A DNA stretch of 64,000 nucleotides from the NCBI RefSeq assembly GCF_900112675.1, contig NZ_FOMQ01000007.1, positions 162,750 to 226,749 on the forward strand. The letters run 5' to 3'. This document shows positions 8,819 through 18,590 of this stretch, in pieces; position 1 is the first letter of the stretch; each line of letters begins with the position of its first letter. The notes below the pieces were generated by a model. That model had not been told where the DNA came from, ran no database searches, and saw only the letters and a program-made list of their open reading frames with translations. The DNA is from Paracidovorax konjaci (lineage in GTDB: Bacteria; Pseudomonadota; Gammaproteobacteria; Burkholderiales; Burkholderiaceae_C). A program made the position numbers and the translations under genes.

Positions 8819-10003
8819 TCACAGCTTGCGCATCACGGCCAGGCCCTTGAGGTACTCCCCTTCGGGGAATTCCAGCGTCATCGGGTGGTCGGGCGCGCCG
8901 CCCAGGCGTTCGAGGATGTAGCCGTCCACGTTCGCGTCCGCGCCGGCCGAGGCCACGATCTTGTGGAACAGGTCGGCACCGATGCCGCCCGAGCACGAGA
9001 AGGTGTAGAGCAGCCCGCCGGGCGCCAGCAGTTGCAGCCCCAGGCGGTTGATGTCCTTGTAGGCGCGTGCGGCGCGCTCGGCATGGGCGGCCGTGGGCGC
9101 GAACTTCGGCGGATCGAGCACGATGGCATCGAAGGTGCGGCCCTCCTGCAGGAAGCGCCGCAGGGAGGCGTTCACATCGGCGTCGAGGAATTCCGTGCGG
9201 CCGGCATCGAAGCCGTTGAGCGCCACATGGGAGCGGGCGCGCTCCAGCGCGGGGCCCGAGGAATCGATCGAGGTGACGTGCTCCGCCCCGCCCGCGAGCG
9301 CGGCCACGGTGAAGCCGCCCGTGTAGCAGTAGCAATTGAGCACGCGCTGCGCGCCCAGGCGGCGCACGGCCTCGGAGAAGCGGTGGCGGCTGTCGCGCTG
9401 GTCGAGGTAGAAGCCGGTCTTGTGGCCCTCCGCGATGCTGAGCGTCAGGCGCCAGCCGTGCTCGCGGATCGAGAGTTCCGTCGCGCCCTCGCCGCGCAGC
9501 CAGCCGGTGGCGGGCTCCAGGCCCTCCAGCTGGCGCACGTTGGCGTCGGAGCGCTCGTAGAGCTTGTCGAGGCCAGTGGACTGCAGCAGCGCATCGGCGA
9601 TGGCGGATTTCCAGCGCTCGGTGCCGGCGCTGGTGAACTGCGCCACCAGGGTGTCGCCGTAGCGGTCCACGATGAGGCCGGGCAGGCCGTCGGATTCGCC
9701 GTGCACGAGGCGCACGCCGTCGCTGTCGATGGCAAAGCGCTCCCGGGCGCGCAGGGCCCGGGCGACGGCGGCCGCGAAGAAGGCCGCGTCGATGCGCTGG
9801 GCCTCGTCGAAGCTCCAGGCGCGCGCGCGGATGCGCGAGGCCGGGCTGAACGCCGCCCAGGCGAGGAACCGTCCCTCGGCGGACTCCACGCGCACGGTCT
9901 CGCCGCTGTCGCCGCCGCCCTTGGCGATGGCCGATTCGAAGATCCAGGGGTGGCGGCGCAGGAGGGAGCGCTCCTTGCCGGGGCGCAGGCGGATGGTTTT
10001 CAT
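8819..10003 (-). CDS. rlmI: 23S rRNA (cytosine1962-C5)-methyltransferase RlmI (YccW family, class I SAM-dependent)
   Basis: 394 aa, MKTIRLRPGKERSLLRRHPWIFESAI... (PUA-like N-terminus) followed by a SAM-methyltransferase fold (VLNCYCYTGGFTVAAL...DPPKF). Confidence 0.85.
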   Translation of the reverse strand: MKTIRLRPGKERSLLRRHPWIFESAIAKGGGDSGETVRVESAEGRFLAWAAFSPASRIRARAWSFDEAQRIDAAFFAAAVARALRARERFAIDSDGVRLVHGESDGLPGLIVDRYGDTLVAQFTSAGTERWKSAIADALLQSTGLDKLYERSDANVRQLEGLEPATGWLRGEGATELSIREHGWRLTLSIAEGHKTGFYLDQRDSRHRFSEAVRRLGAQRVLNCYCYTGGFTVAALAGGAEHVTSIDSSGPALERARSHVALNGFDAGRTEFLDADVNASLRRFLQEGRTFDAIVLDPPKFAPTAAHAERAARAYKDINRLGLQLLAPGGLLYTFSCSGGIGADLFHKIVASAGADANVDGYILERLGGAPDHPMTLEFPEGEYLKGLAVMRKL

Positions 10004-10161
10004 GGGCGCGTATTGTCCCGGAGCCCGCGGCCGGCCGCCCCCGGCCGATGCGCACGGATTTGAGGATTGTTGAGAAAGTTCCGGCCCGGTTTCCCTAGGA
10101 TTCGCCCCAGCCGGTCCGGAAGGTCCGCGCCCAGACCAACAACTCTCAGAGGGGAATCCAC

Positions 10162-11772
10162 ATGCATTACATCCATCGGCTCAAGGTGTCCACGCGGCTC
10201 GGCTGGCTCCTGGCGGCCCTGTGCCTGCTGGCGGCGGGCGTCGGCGGCGCGGGTCTGCTCGGCATGGGCAACTCGAACGCCGGCCTGGTCACCGTCTACC
10301 GCGACCGCGTCGTGCCGCTGCAACAGATCAAGGTGGTGGCCGATGCCTACGCGGTGAACGTCGTGGACACGGCGCACAAGGTGCGCGACGGCGCCATGAC
10401 GCCGCAGCAGGGCCTCGACTCGGTCGCCGCGGCGCGCAAGGACATCCGCACCCAGTGGGACGCCTACCTGGCGACCGACCTGCACGCCGAGGAGCACCGC
10501 CTGCTGGCGGAGTTCCGGCCGCTGCAGGCGCGCGCCGATGCCGCCGTCCAGACCCTCGAAGCGCTGCTGCGCGCCCAGGACATCCCCGGCCTCACCGCCT
10601 TCGCCGCGCGCGAGATGTACCCGGCGCTCGATCCGCTGCAGGCGGTGCTGGCCAGCCTCACGCAGGTGCAGCTCGACACGGCGCGCAGCACGTATGAAGC
10701 CGCCGAGGCGGATTACCACGCCACCCGCCAGGGCGTGATCGCCGCGGTGCTGGCCGGCATGCTGGCCGCCATCGGCTTCGGCGCGCTGGTGGTGCGCGGC
10801 ATCCTGCGCGAACTGGGCGCCGAGCCGTCCATGGCGGCGGCGGTGGCGCGCAGCGTGGCGCAGGGCGACCTGACCGTCGCCATTCCGACGCGCGACGGCG
10901 ACGCGGCCAGCCTGATGGCGCAGCTGCGGCGCATGCGCGACCAGCTCGCGGCGATGGTGGCGGCGATCCACGAGAGCGCCGAGAGCGTGTCTTCGGCGGC
11001 GCTGCAGATCGCGCAGGGCAACAGCGACCTGTCGGCCCGCACCGAGGGCCAGGCCGGCGCCCTGCAGCAGACGGCGGCCTCGATGGAGCAACTGAACGGC
11101 ACGGTGCGCCAGAACGCGGGCAACGCCCAGGAGGCCGACCGCGTGGCACAGGCCGCCTCGCGCGTGGCGGCCCAGGGCGGCGCGGCGGTGGCCGAGGTGG
11201 TGCGCACCATGCAGGACATCAACGACAGCAGCCGGCGCATCGCGGACATCACCGGCATCATCGACACCATCGCCTTCCAGACGAACATCCTGGCGCTGAA
11301 TGCCGCGGTCGAAGCGGCGCGCGCCGGCGAGCAGGGCCGCGGCTTCGCGGTGGTGGCGGGCGAGGTGCGGCAGCTCGCCCAGCGCGCGGGCCAGGCGGCC
11401 GGCGAGATCAAGGGCCTGGTCACCGCCAGCATGGAACGCGTGAACGCAGGCACCGACCAGGTCGCCCGCGCCGGCCAGACCATGGAGAGCGTGGTGCGCT
11501 CCATCCACGGCCTCTCGCAACTGGTGGAGCAGATCACGGCCGCCAGCCAGGAACAGAGCCAGGGCGTGGACCAGATCAACGACGCGGTGACCGACATGGA
11601 CCGCTCGACCCAGCACAACGCCGCGCTGGTGGAAGAGATGGCCGCCGCGGCCGCCGCCCTGAGCCAGCGCGCCCGGGAGCTGGTGGGTGCCGTATCGACC
11701 TTCCGGCTGCCCGGCGAGGCGCTGCTGGCCGCGCCGGCGGCGGGCCCGCTGCCGCGGCTGCGGCACGGCTGA
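10162..11772 (+). CDS. Methyl-accepting chemotaxis protein
   Basis: N-terminal TM segment, periplasmic four-helix-bundle-like sensor, second TM, HAMP domain, and the highly conserved signalling domain ...[34 protein letters not shown].... Confidence 0.9.
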   Translation: MHYIHRLKVSTRLGWLLAALCLLAAGVGGAGLLGMGNSNAGLVTVYRDRVVPLQQIKVVADAYAVNVVDTAHKVRDGAMTPQQGLDSVAAARKDIRTQWDAYLATDLHAEEHRLLAEFRPLQARADAAVQTLEALLRAQDIPGLTAFAAREMYPALDPLQAVLASLTQVQLDTARSTYEAAEADYHATRQGVIAAVLAGMLAAIGFGALVVRGILRELGAEPSMAAAVARSVAQGDLTVAIPTRDGDAASLMAQLRRMRDQLAAMVAAIHESAESVSSAALQIAQGNSDLSARTEGQAGALQQTAASMEQLNGTVRQNAGNAQEADRVAQAASRVAAQGGAAVAEVVRTMQDINDSSRRIADITGIIDTIAFQTNILALNAAVEAARAGEQGRGFAVVAGEVRQLAQRAGQAAGEIKGLVTASMERVNAGTDQVARAGQTMESVVRSIHGLSQLVEQITAASQEQSQGVDQINDAVTDMDRSTQHNAALVEEMAAAAAALSQRARELVGAVSTFRLPGEALLAAPAAGPLPRLRHG

Positions 11773-11791
11773 AAACAGGGTGGATGCGGCC

Positions 11792-11809
11792 GCCGCCCGA
11801 AAGGGCGGC
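11792..11809. terminator. GC-rich hairpin between convergent MCP and xerC genes (possible intrinsic terminator, no U-tract)
   Basis: GCCGCCC-GAAA-GGGCGGC: a 7-bp stem with a GAAA tetraloop, 20 nt after the MCP stop codon. Confidence 0.25.
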
Positions 11810-11823
11810 GTCTGGCCAGGGGC

Positions 11824-12837
11824 TCAGCCCGGCTTGCGCCGGGCGCGCGGATGGGCCGCGTCGTACACCTTGGCCAGGTGCTGGAAATCCAGCCGCGTGT
11901 AGACCTGGGTGGTGGTGATGTTGGCGTGGCCTAGCAGCTCCTGCACGGCGCGCAGGTCGCCGCTGGACTGCAGCAGGTGGCTGGCGAAGGAATGGCGCAG
12001 CATGTGCGGGTGCACGGGCGTGGACAGGCCCGCGAGCTGGCTGCGCTGGCGCAGCCGCGACCAGATCGACTGGCCCGTGAGCCGCGCACCGCGCCGGCCC
12101 AGGAAGAGCGCCGCATCGGCGCCGGCCGCCCGGCTGCCGAAGGGCTGCAGGCGTACCGCGAGCCAGGCGCGCAGCGCTGCGAGCGCGGCCGACCCCACGG
12201 GCACGCTGCGCCGCTTGGAGCCCTTGCCGAACACATGCGCTTCGCCGGCGTCCAGATCGACCCAGCCCCGGCCGTCGCGCTGCGTGTCCGGCCCCGGCAC
12301 GGCATCGAGCCCCGCGAGTTCGCCCACGCGCAGGCCGCAGCCGTAGAGCAGCTCGACCATCGCCGCGTCGCGCGCCTCCAGCCAGGGGTCGGTGCCGGAC
12401 GATCCCTCGAACTCCGCCAGCCGCACCGCATCGTCCACGCCGAGCGCCTTGGGCAGCGGCTTGGGCGCGCGCGGCGCACGCACGCCCTGCACGGGGTTGT
12501 GGGGCACGAGGCCCTGGCGCGCGGCCCAGGTGAAGAACCCGCGCCAGCCCGAGAGGATCAGCGCGATGCCGCGCCCGCTGCGGCCGCCGCCATGCATCTG
12601 CGCCACGAAGCGGCGGATGTGCGCGGTCTGCAGCCGCAGCAGCGGCACGCCGGCCTCGCGCGCATGGGCGGCGAGCCGCTGCAGGTCGAGCGTGTAGAGC
12701 GTGACGGTGCGCGCCGCGAGGCGCTTCTCGACCCGCACGTGCTCCAGGTAGCGCAGCACCTCGGGGTCGGGCGGCGGCGCGGCCGCCGCGGCGTCCTCGC
12801 CGGGCGGGAGGCCTTGCGCAGGCGCGCTCTTCGCCAT
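11824..12837 (-). CDS. xerC: Tyrosine recombinase XerC (chromosome dimer resolution)
   Basis: Phage-integrase-family fold with catalytic R...HxxR...Y (LGHANITTTQVYTRLD). Conserved housekeeping context dapF–DUF484–xerC, so it is not a mobile-element integrase. Confidence 0.88.
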   Translation of the reverse strand: MAKSAPAQGLPPGEDAAAAAPPPDPEVLRYLEHVRVEKRLAARTVTLYTLDLQRLAAHAREAGVPLLRLQTAHIRRFVAQMHGGGRSGRGIALILSGWRGFFTWAARQGLVPHNPVQGVRAPRAPKPLPKALGVDDAVRLAEFEGSSGTDPWLEARDAAMVELLYGCGLRVGELAGLDAVPGPDTQRDGRGWVDLDAGEAHVFGKGSKRRSVPVGSAALAALRAWLAVRLQPFGSRAAGADAALFLGRRGARLTGQSIWSRLRQRSQLAGLSTPVHPHMLRHSFASHLLQSSGDLRAVQELLGHANITTTQVYTRLDFQHLAKVYDAAHPRARRKPG

Positions 12838-12857
12838 GGGGTCTGTCTGCTTCGGCC

Positions 12858-13559
12858 TCAGCGCAGGCGCGAGAGGGCCGCGCTGGCCAGCTCGGACATG
12901 CGCACGAGGAAATCGGTGCCCATGGTCGCGTCGAAACGCTTTTCGTCGGGCGAGCCCAGTACCAGCAGTCCGAAGGCCGGCGCATCGCCGTCGAGCGCGC
13001 CTTCGCGCAGCGGCAGCAGTGCCACCGACTGCACCTGGCCGGCGTCCGGCAGCCAGCCCGCGGGCTCGAAGCCGAGGTTGGGGCCGCAGAACGGCTGGGT
13101 GAGCGACGTGGCGAAGGAGCGCGCATCGGCGCTCGCGCCCTGGGCGAACGGCGCCCCGGCGTACTGCGGCGACAGGTCCCAGAGGCGCAGCGCGGCCTGC
13201 GGCACGTCGAAGAGGCGGCGGATGCCCTGCTCCACGCGGTGGGGCAGCATGGCCGGATCGGTGGCCTGGGCGAGTTCGCGCGTCCAGTGGTGGATCTTCT
13301 GCGCGATGGCGGTGTTCTCGTGGCTGTGGCGCACCATTTCCATGATGCGCTGCTCCAGCCCCTTGATCTTCTCGCGCAGCATCTCGGCCTGGCGCTCCTG
13401 CAGGCTCACGGCGCGCTGGCCGTGCGGGCTGGTCAGGGTCACGCCGGTCAGCAGCTCGGCATGGCGCTCGAAGAAGCCCGGGGTGTTGGCGAGGAATTCG
13501 GCGATGTCGTCCTCGGTGATGGGCGGCACGGCGTGGGCGGGGGAATGCGGTGTGGTCAT
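12858..13559 (-). CDS. DUF484 family protein (YigA-like)
   Basis: 233 aa. Lies between dapF and xerC, as in the enterobacterial dapF–yigA–xerC arrangement. Confidence 0.75.
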   Translation of the reverse strand: MTTPHSPAHAVPPITEDDIAEFLANTPGFFERHAELLTGVTLTSPHGQRAVSLQERQAEMLREKIKGLEQRIMEMVRHSHENTAIAQKIHHWTRELAQATDPAMLPHRVEQGIRRLFDVPQAALRLWDLSPQYAGAPFAQGASADARSFATSLTQPFCGPNLGFEPAGWLPDAGQVQSVALLPLREGALDGDAPAFGLLVLGSPDEKRFDATMGTDFLVRMSELASAALSRLR

Positions 13560-14434
13560 GGTGCGTCGGGAATGTCGATCTGGCCTTCGAAGACGGTGGT
13601 GGCCGGCCCGGTCATGAAGACCGGATCGGCGGGGTCCCCGCTCCAGGCGATGGTGAGCAGGCCGCCGCGCGTCTGCACGTCCACGCGCGCATCGAGCAGC
13701 CCCAGGCGGATGCCGGCGGCCACGGCCGCGCAGGCGCCCGTGCCGCAGGCGAGCGTCTCGCCCGCGCCGCGCTCGTACACGCGCAGCCGCACGTGGCCGC
13801 GGTCCACGACCTGCAGGTAGCCGGCGTTCACGCGCTGCGGAAACCGCGGGTGGCCCTCGATGGCGGGGCCGGTGCGCGCGACGGGCGCGGTGTCCACGTC
13901 GTCCACGAGCTGCACGGCGTGCGGATTGCCCATGGAGACGATTGCTATGAATATAGGAGCAAACTCTTCAATGGAACCGGCGGCAAGCGGCCATTTTTGC
14001 CCTGAACCCTGGGCCACCGGCTCCAGGCCCGAGGCATCGAAGGGCAGGTCCTCGGGCGCGAAGCGCGGGCGCCCCATGTCCACGGTGACGCGGCCGTCCT
14101 CCGTGAGGCGGGGGGCGATCACGCCGGCCAGCGTCTGCACGCGGATGGTGTCCTTGGCGGTGAGGCCCTTGTCGCGCACGTAGCGCGCGAAGCACCGCGC
14201 GCCGTTGCCGCACTGCTCCACCTCGCCGCCGTCGGCGTTGTGGATCACGTATTCGAAATCGATGCCTTCGGTGGGCGATGGCCGCACGGTCAGGATCTGG
14301 TCGGCGCCGACGCCGAAGTGGCGGTCGGCCAGGAAGCGGTACTGCGCGGGCGTGAGGCCCAGGCGGTGCTGCGTTTCGTCGAGCACGACGAAATCGTTGC
14401 CCGCGCCCTGCATCTTGGTGAAGCGGATCTGCAT
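13556..14434 (-). CDS. dapF: Diaminopimelate epimerase DapF, carrying an in-frame repeat-element insertion
   Basis: [20 protein letters not shown]...CGNGARC...[10 protein letters not shown] includes both catalytic Cys motifs. Start trimmed to 14434. Its stop overlaps the DUF484 start (ATGA). Confidence 0.9.
   Translation of the reverse strand: MQIRFTKMQGAGNDFVVLDETQHRLGLTPAQYRFLADRHFGVGADQILTVRPSPTEGIDFEYVIHNADGGEVEQCGNGARCFARYVRDKGLTAKDTIRVQTLAGVIAPRLTEDGRVTVDMGRPRFAPEDLPFDASGLEPVAQGSGQKWPLAAGSIEEFAPIFIAIVSMGNPHAVQLVDDVDTAPVARTGPAIEGHPRFPQRVNAGYLQVVDRGHVRLRVYERGAGETLACGTGACAAVAAGIRLGLLDARVDVQTRGGLLTIAWSGDPADPVFMTGPATTVFEGQIDIPDAP
13940..14003 (+). repeat. Repeat element copy C (diverged), lying inside the dapF reading frame
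   Basis: GATTGCTATGAATATAGGAGCAAACTCTTCAATGGAACCGGCGGCAAGCGGCCATTTTTGCCC aligns along its whole length with copies B and D. On the minus strand it is translated as ...[20 protein letters not shown]... immediately before the conserved VSMGNPH motif. Confidence 0.75.
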
Positions 14435-14584
14435 CCGCGGGATTATCGTTGCGCCGGCCGGGGCATGGCCCCGCGCGGGCAAGGGCCGGGCCGCCGCGCG
14501 ATGATGGCGGCCCGCCCTCCGGCGCGCTCCGTCCCTGGAGCGCGACCAGGAGCCGCGCCCCGTTCCACGCTTTCAGGAGCCCCG

Positions 14585-15298
14585 ATGACCGACGACGCCC
14601 TCGCCGCCTTTCCGATCACGCGCAAATGGCCCGCCCGGCAGCCCGACCGGCTGCAGCTCTATTCGCTGCCGACGCCCAACGGCGTGAAGGTGTCGATCCT
14701 GCTGGAGGAGACCGGCCTGCCCTACGAGCCGCACCTCGTGCGCTTCGACCAGGACGACCAGACCTCGCCCGAGTTCCTCTCGCTCAATCCCAACAACAAG
14801 ATCCCCGCCATCCTGGACCCCCACGGGCCCGGCGGCCAGCCGCTCGCGCTGTTCGAGTCGGGCGCCATCCTGGTCTACCTGGCCGACAAGACCGGCCGCT
14901 TCCTCGCGCCGGCCGGCGCGCAGCGCTATGCGGCGCTGCAGTGGCTGATGTGGCAGATGGGCGGGGTCGGGCCGATGTTCGGCCAGCTCGGCTTCTTCCA
15001 CAAGTTCGCCGGCAAGGACTACGAGGACAAGCGCCCGCGCGACCGCTACGTGGCCGAGACGAAGCGCCTGCTCGGCGTGCTGGACCGCCACCTGGCCGAC
15101 GGCCGCGCCTGGATCGTGGGCAGCGACTACACCATCGCCGACATCGCGGTCTTCCCGTGGGTGCGCAACCTCGTGGGCTTCTACGAAGCGGGCGATCTGG
15201 TGGAGTTCGACCGCTTCACGAACGTGCGCCGGGTGCTGGACGCCTTCGTGGCGCGGCCCGCCGTGGCGCGCGGGCTGGAGATTCCGGCCCGGGCCTGA
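14585..15298 (+). CDS. Glutathione S-transferase family protein
   Basis: Thioredoxin-like N-terminal domain (LQLYSLPTPNGVKVSILLEETGLPYE...ESGAILVYLADK) plus a helical C-terminal domain. Confidence 0.8.
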   Translation: MTDDALAAFPITRKWPARQPDRLQLYSLPTPNGVKVSILLEETGLPYEPHLVRFDQDDQTSPEFLSLNPNNKIPAILDPHGPGGQPLALFESGAILVYLADKTGRFLAPAGAQRYAALQWLMWQMGGVGPMFGQLGFFHKFAGKDYEDKRPRDRYVAETKRLLGVLDRHLADGRAWIVGSDYTIADIAVFPWVRNLVGFYEAGDLVEFDRFTNVRRVLDAFVARPAVARGLEIPARA

Positions 15299-15322
15299 CG
15301 GAAGCGCCGGGCCGCGCACCGC

Positions 15323-16693
15323 TCAGAGCCGAAAGGCGAAGCCCGCGGCCCCGGCGGCCAGGATCACCGGGATGACCCCTGCCCGGTAGCGCATCAGCGC
15401 GACCGCCGCCGCCAGGCCGATCAGCACCGAGGGCCCATCGATGCCGCCGGACAGCCCGCCCGGCCAGAAGACGTGCCAGGCGAAGAACACGGCCAGGTTC
15501 ACGATCACGCCGACCACCGCCGCGGTGATGCCCGTCAGGGGCGCCGTGAACCGAAGGTTGCCGTGCGTGGATTCGATGAACGGGCCGCCCAGCAGGATGA
15601 AGACGAACGACGGCAGGAAGGTGAAGAAGGTCACCACCACCGCCGCGGCCGCCCCGGCGAGCATCGGCGCGTCGGGGCCGAAGAGCGCCCGCGTCCAGCC
15701 GCCGACGAAGGCGACGAACGACACCACCATGATGAGCGGCCCCGGCGTGGTCTCGCCCAGCGCCAGGCCATCGATCATCTGGGCCGGCGTGATCCAGTGG
15801 AAATGCTCGACGGCGCCCTGGTAGACATACGGCAGCACCGCATAGGCGCCCCCGAAGGTCATCAACGCCGCCTTGGTGAAGAACCATCCCATCTGCACGA
15901 GGACCGAGTTCCAGCCGAAAGCCGCGCACAGGCCTCCCATGGCGAGGAGCCAGACCCCCAGCCCGGCCACGAGCACATTGCGCAGCCGCCGCCACGAGAA
16001 CTGCGCATGGGGCGGCGCGGGCGTGTCGTCGTCGATCAGCGCGCTCCCGCCCGTCGCGGCCCGCCCCGCATGCCCTGCCGGCGCCGGGCCGGCCCGCGCT
16101 CCGAAGGCCTCGGGGCGCCACCGCCCCCCCGCATGGCCCAGCACGGCCGCGGCCACCACGATCGCCGGGAACGGCACGTCGAAAGCGAAGAGCGCCACGA
16201 AGGCGGCGACGGCGATCGCCGCCAGCCAGCCGTTGCGCAGCGACCGCGAGCCCACCCGCACGGCGGCTTGCGCCACCAGCGCCGTCACCGCCGGCTTGAT
16301 GCCGTAGAAGATGCCCGCCACCGCGGGCGTGCTGCCATGGGCCATGTACAGCCATCCCAGCGCCAGCATGATGAACAGCGACGGCAGCACGAAGAGCGCG
16401 CCCGCCAGGATCCCGCCCCAGGTGCGGTGCAGCAGCCAGCCGAGGTAGGTGGCGAGCTGCTGCGCCTCCGGCCCGGGCAGCAGCATGCAGTAGTTGAGGG
16501 CATGCAGGAACCGCCGCTCCGAAATCCAGCGGCGGCGCTCCACCAGTTCGTCGTGCATGAGCGCGATCTGGCCGGCCGGGCCGCCGAAGCCGATGAACCC
16601 GAGCTTCAGCCAGAAGCGCAGGGCTTCGGGCAGGGAGACGGAATGGGGGAGGGCGCGCGCCGGATCGGCGGCGGAGGGCGGCAAGGTGTCCAT
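15323..16693 (-). CDS. chrA: Chromate efflux transporter ChrA
   Basis: 456 aa, duplicated CHR domains (GFIGFGGPAGQIALMHDELVERRRWISERRF...). Polytopic membrane protein. Confidence 0.85.
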   Translation of the reverse strand: MDTLPPSAADPARALPHSVSLPEALRFWLKLGFIGFGGPAGQIALMHDELVERRRWISERRFLHALNYCMLLPGPEAQQLATYLGWLLHRTWGGILAGALFVLPSLFIMLALGWLYMAHGSTPAVAGIFYGIKPAVTALVAQAAVRVGSRSLRNGWLAAIAVAAFVALFAFDVPFPAIVVAAAVLGHAGGRWRPEAFGARAGPAPAGHAGRAATGGSALIDDDTPAPPHAQFSWRRLRNVLVAGLGVWLLAMGGLCAAFGWNSVLVQMGWFFTKAALMTFGGAYAVLPYVYQGAVEHFHWITPAQMIDGLALGETTPGPLIMVVSFVAFVGGWTRALFGPDAPMLAGAAAAVVVTFFTFLPSFVFILLGGPFIESTHGNLRFTAPLTGITAAVVGVIVNLAVFFAWHVFWPGGLSGGIDGPSVLIGLAAAVALMRYRAGVIPVILAAGAAGFAFRL

Positions 16694-16837
16694 GGAAACT
16701 CCGATGAGTCGCTCCAGCGCTTGGACGGGACACCGTCTACCCTCGCGGGACGGGAGGCTGTTTTCCCGGATAGGCGGATTCTAGTGCGCCCCGGCACGGC
16801 CTCACCAGCCCTCATCCCCCTTCCGGATGCCGCTGCC

Positions 16838-17860
16838 CTACTCTTCCGACGAGAAGCCCGAGGCGGCCACGACCGGCGCCCAGCGGTCGCGCTCCTGGGC
16901 CAGCTGGCGCGCGAACTCCTCGGGCGTGCCCGAGGCGGGCTCGAAGCCCAGCTTGGCGAGCGCCTCCACCACCGCCGGATCGCGCACCGCCTGCCGGGCG
17001 GCGTCGGCCCAGCGCTCCACCACCGCGGCGGGCGCCCGCGCGGGCAGGTAGAGGCCGTAGCTCTCCACGCCCTGGATGCCGGCGAAGCCCTGCTCGGCGA
17101 ACGTGGGCACATCGGGCAGGAAGCGCGAGCGGCGCGTGTCGCTCACGGCCAGCACGCGCACGCGGCCCGTGGGAATGTGCGGCAGGCAGTCGCCGACGCT
17201 GAAGCAGCCAGAGGCCACCTGCCCGCCCATCAGGTCCTGCAGCCCCGGCGCGGCGCCGCGGTAGGGCACGTGCGTGAGCGCGATGCCGGCGGCATGCGCG
17301 AACTGGTTGCCGATGAAATGCGGCATGGCCCCGGCGGCCGGCGATGCGTAGCCCTCGGGCTCGGCGCGGCCCTTGGTCCATTCGGCGAACTGGCGCAGGG
17401 TCTTCACCGACTCGGGCACCTTGGGGCCCACCATGAAGCCGCAGGTGGACAGCGCCACCGGCGCCACGGCGGCGAAATCGGTGGCCGGCCGGTACTGCAG
17501 GCGCTTGTAGACGTGCGGGTAGATCGTGAGCATGGACGACGGGCTCAGCACCATCGTGAGCCCGTCGGGCGGCGCGTCCTTGAGCGCAGTGAGCGCGATG
17601 CGCCCCCCCGCGCCGACGCGGGATTCGACCACGGTGGTCGCGCCGGTGCGCGCGCGCCAGCTCTCGGCCAGCCGGCGCGCCACCACATCGATGGAGCCCC
17701 CCGCAGGGAAGCCGACCAGGATGCGCTGAACGCCCTGCTGCGCCGCGGCAGGCCCGCCCGCGCCCAGGCACAGCGCGGCCATCGCGAGGCCGGCCTCGCG
17801 GCGGCGGATGCCCGGGGGCGGCACGTTGCGGGCCCGCGCCCGCGAGGAATTCATAGCCAT
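16838..17860 (-). CDS. Tripartite tricarboxylate transporter substrate-binding protein (Bug/TctC family), orphan
   Basis: Signal peptide followed by a Bug-family core (...PDGLTMVLSPSSMLTIYPHVYK...GVESYGLYLPARAP...). Start trimmed to MAMNSS at 17860, with a GGAGA RBS upstream. Confidence 0.8.
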   Translation of the reverse strand: MAMNSSRARARNVPPPGIRRREAGLAMAALCLGAGGPAAAQQGVQRILVGFPAGGSIDVVARRLAESWRARTGATTVVESRVGAGGRIALTALKDAPPDGLTMVLSPSSMLTIYPHVYKRLQYRPATDFAAVAPVALSTCGFMVGPKVPESVKTLRQFAEWTKGRAEPEGYASPAAGAMPHFIGNQFAHAAGIALTHVPYRGAAPGLQDLMGGQVASGCFSVGDCLPHIPTGRVRVLAVSDTRRSRFLPDVPTFAEQGFAGIQGVESYGLYLPARAPAAVVERWADAARQAVRDPAVVEALAKLGFEPASGTPEEFARQLAQERDRWAPVVAASGFSSEE

Positions 17861-17940
17861 GTTGTTGTCTCCTTTGGGGGTCGAATCATGCCGGACGGGC
17901 GCGCTGCCCGCCGGCCCTTTGCAGCCCGGGGCGGGCACCT

Positions 17941-18513
17941 TCAGCCCGGGTTCTCCGTGCGGGCCAGCCGGTCCAGCAGGGGCCGCAGCGCCGCGCCCTC
18001 CGGCCCGAGCGCGGCGAGCATGGCGGCATCGTGCGCCTGCACGCGGGCAGAAATCGCGGCCAGCGCCGCCTCGCCTCCCGGAGTGGGGTGCAGCGTCCAG
18101 GAGCGGCGGTCCTGCGGGTCGGCCGCGCGCTGCACCCAGCCCTGTCGGACCAGCCAGTCCACGAGGCGCATGCCGCCGCTGCGGTGCAGCCCCATGGCTT
18201 CGGCCAGCAGGCCCTGGCGCAGGCCCGGATTGCCCACCACCAGCACCAGCGCGGCGAACCGCTGCGGGCTCACGTCGTCCCCCACGGCCCGCTGGAAATC
18301 CAGGTAGAGCGCGTTCTGCGCGCGGCGCAGTGCATACCCCATCAGCGCATCCAGAACGCCGTAGCGCAGGCCGGGCACGGGCCGCAGCGGCCCTTCGGTC
18401 GCATCGCCGGGCTGTGCCGGCGGATGCGCCTGCGCCGCTCGGGGACACGGAGGCACCGTGCCGAGCCGTGCGGCGTCACCACGGGTTTTTGCGGAGCGTG
18501 GATTTTGTTGCAT
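17941..18513 (-). CDS. MarR family transcriptional regulator
   Basis: Winged-helix MarR core (...LVLVVGNPGLRQGLLAEAMGLHRSGGMRLVDWLVRQGWVQRAADPQDRRS...). Start trimmed to MQQNP at 18513. Confidence 0.8.
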   Translation of the reverse strand: MQQNPRSAKTRGDAARLGTVPPCPRAAQAHPPAQPGDATEGPLRPVPGLRYGVLDALMGYALRRAQNALYLDFQRAVGDDVSPQRFAALVLVVGNPGLRQGLLAEAMGLHRSGGMRLVDWLVRQGWVQRAADPQDRRSWTLHPTPGGEAALAAISARVQAHDAAMLAALGPEGAALRPLLDRLARTENPG

Positions 18514-18523
18514 GGCGCAACAA
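18505..18523. promoter_or_regulatory. Perfect 7-bp inverted repeat overlapping the marR start codon (putative MarR operator)
   Basis: TTGTTGC-ATGGC-GCAACAA. It lies in the divergent region between marR and the monooxygenase gene; the marR ATG (minus strand) falls in the spacer. Confidence 0.4.
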
Positions 18524-18590
18524 TAGGAGCACACATTGACCGGCGTCAAGCGGCAAGACCCTGAGACGCCCCCCCCTGCGGACCTCTGCC

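Noticed and set aside
11824-12837. Tyrosine recombinase as a marker of an integrated mobile element or island boundary.
   Set aside because: It is XerC in its conserved dapF–DUF484–xerC housekeeping context. There are no flanking direct repeats, tRNA gene or phage genes.
15323-16693. chrA as evidence of a metal-resistance genomic island.
   Set aside because: It is a single gene without chrB or other resistance or mobility genes. Flanking GC content and gene content look chromosomal.
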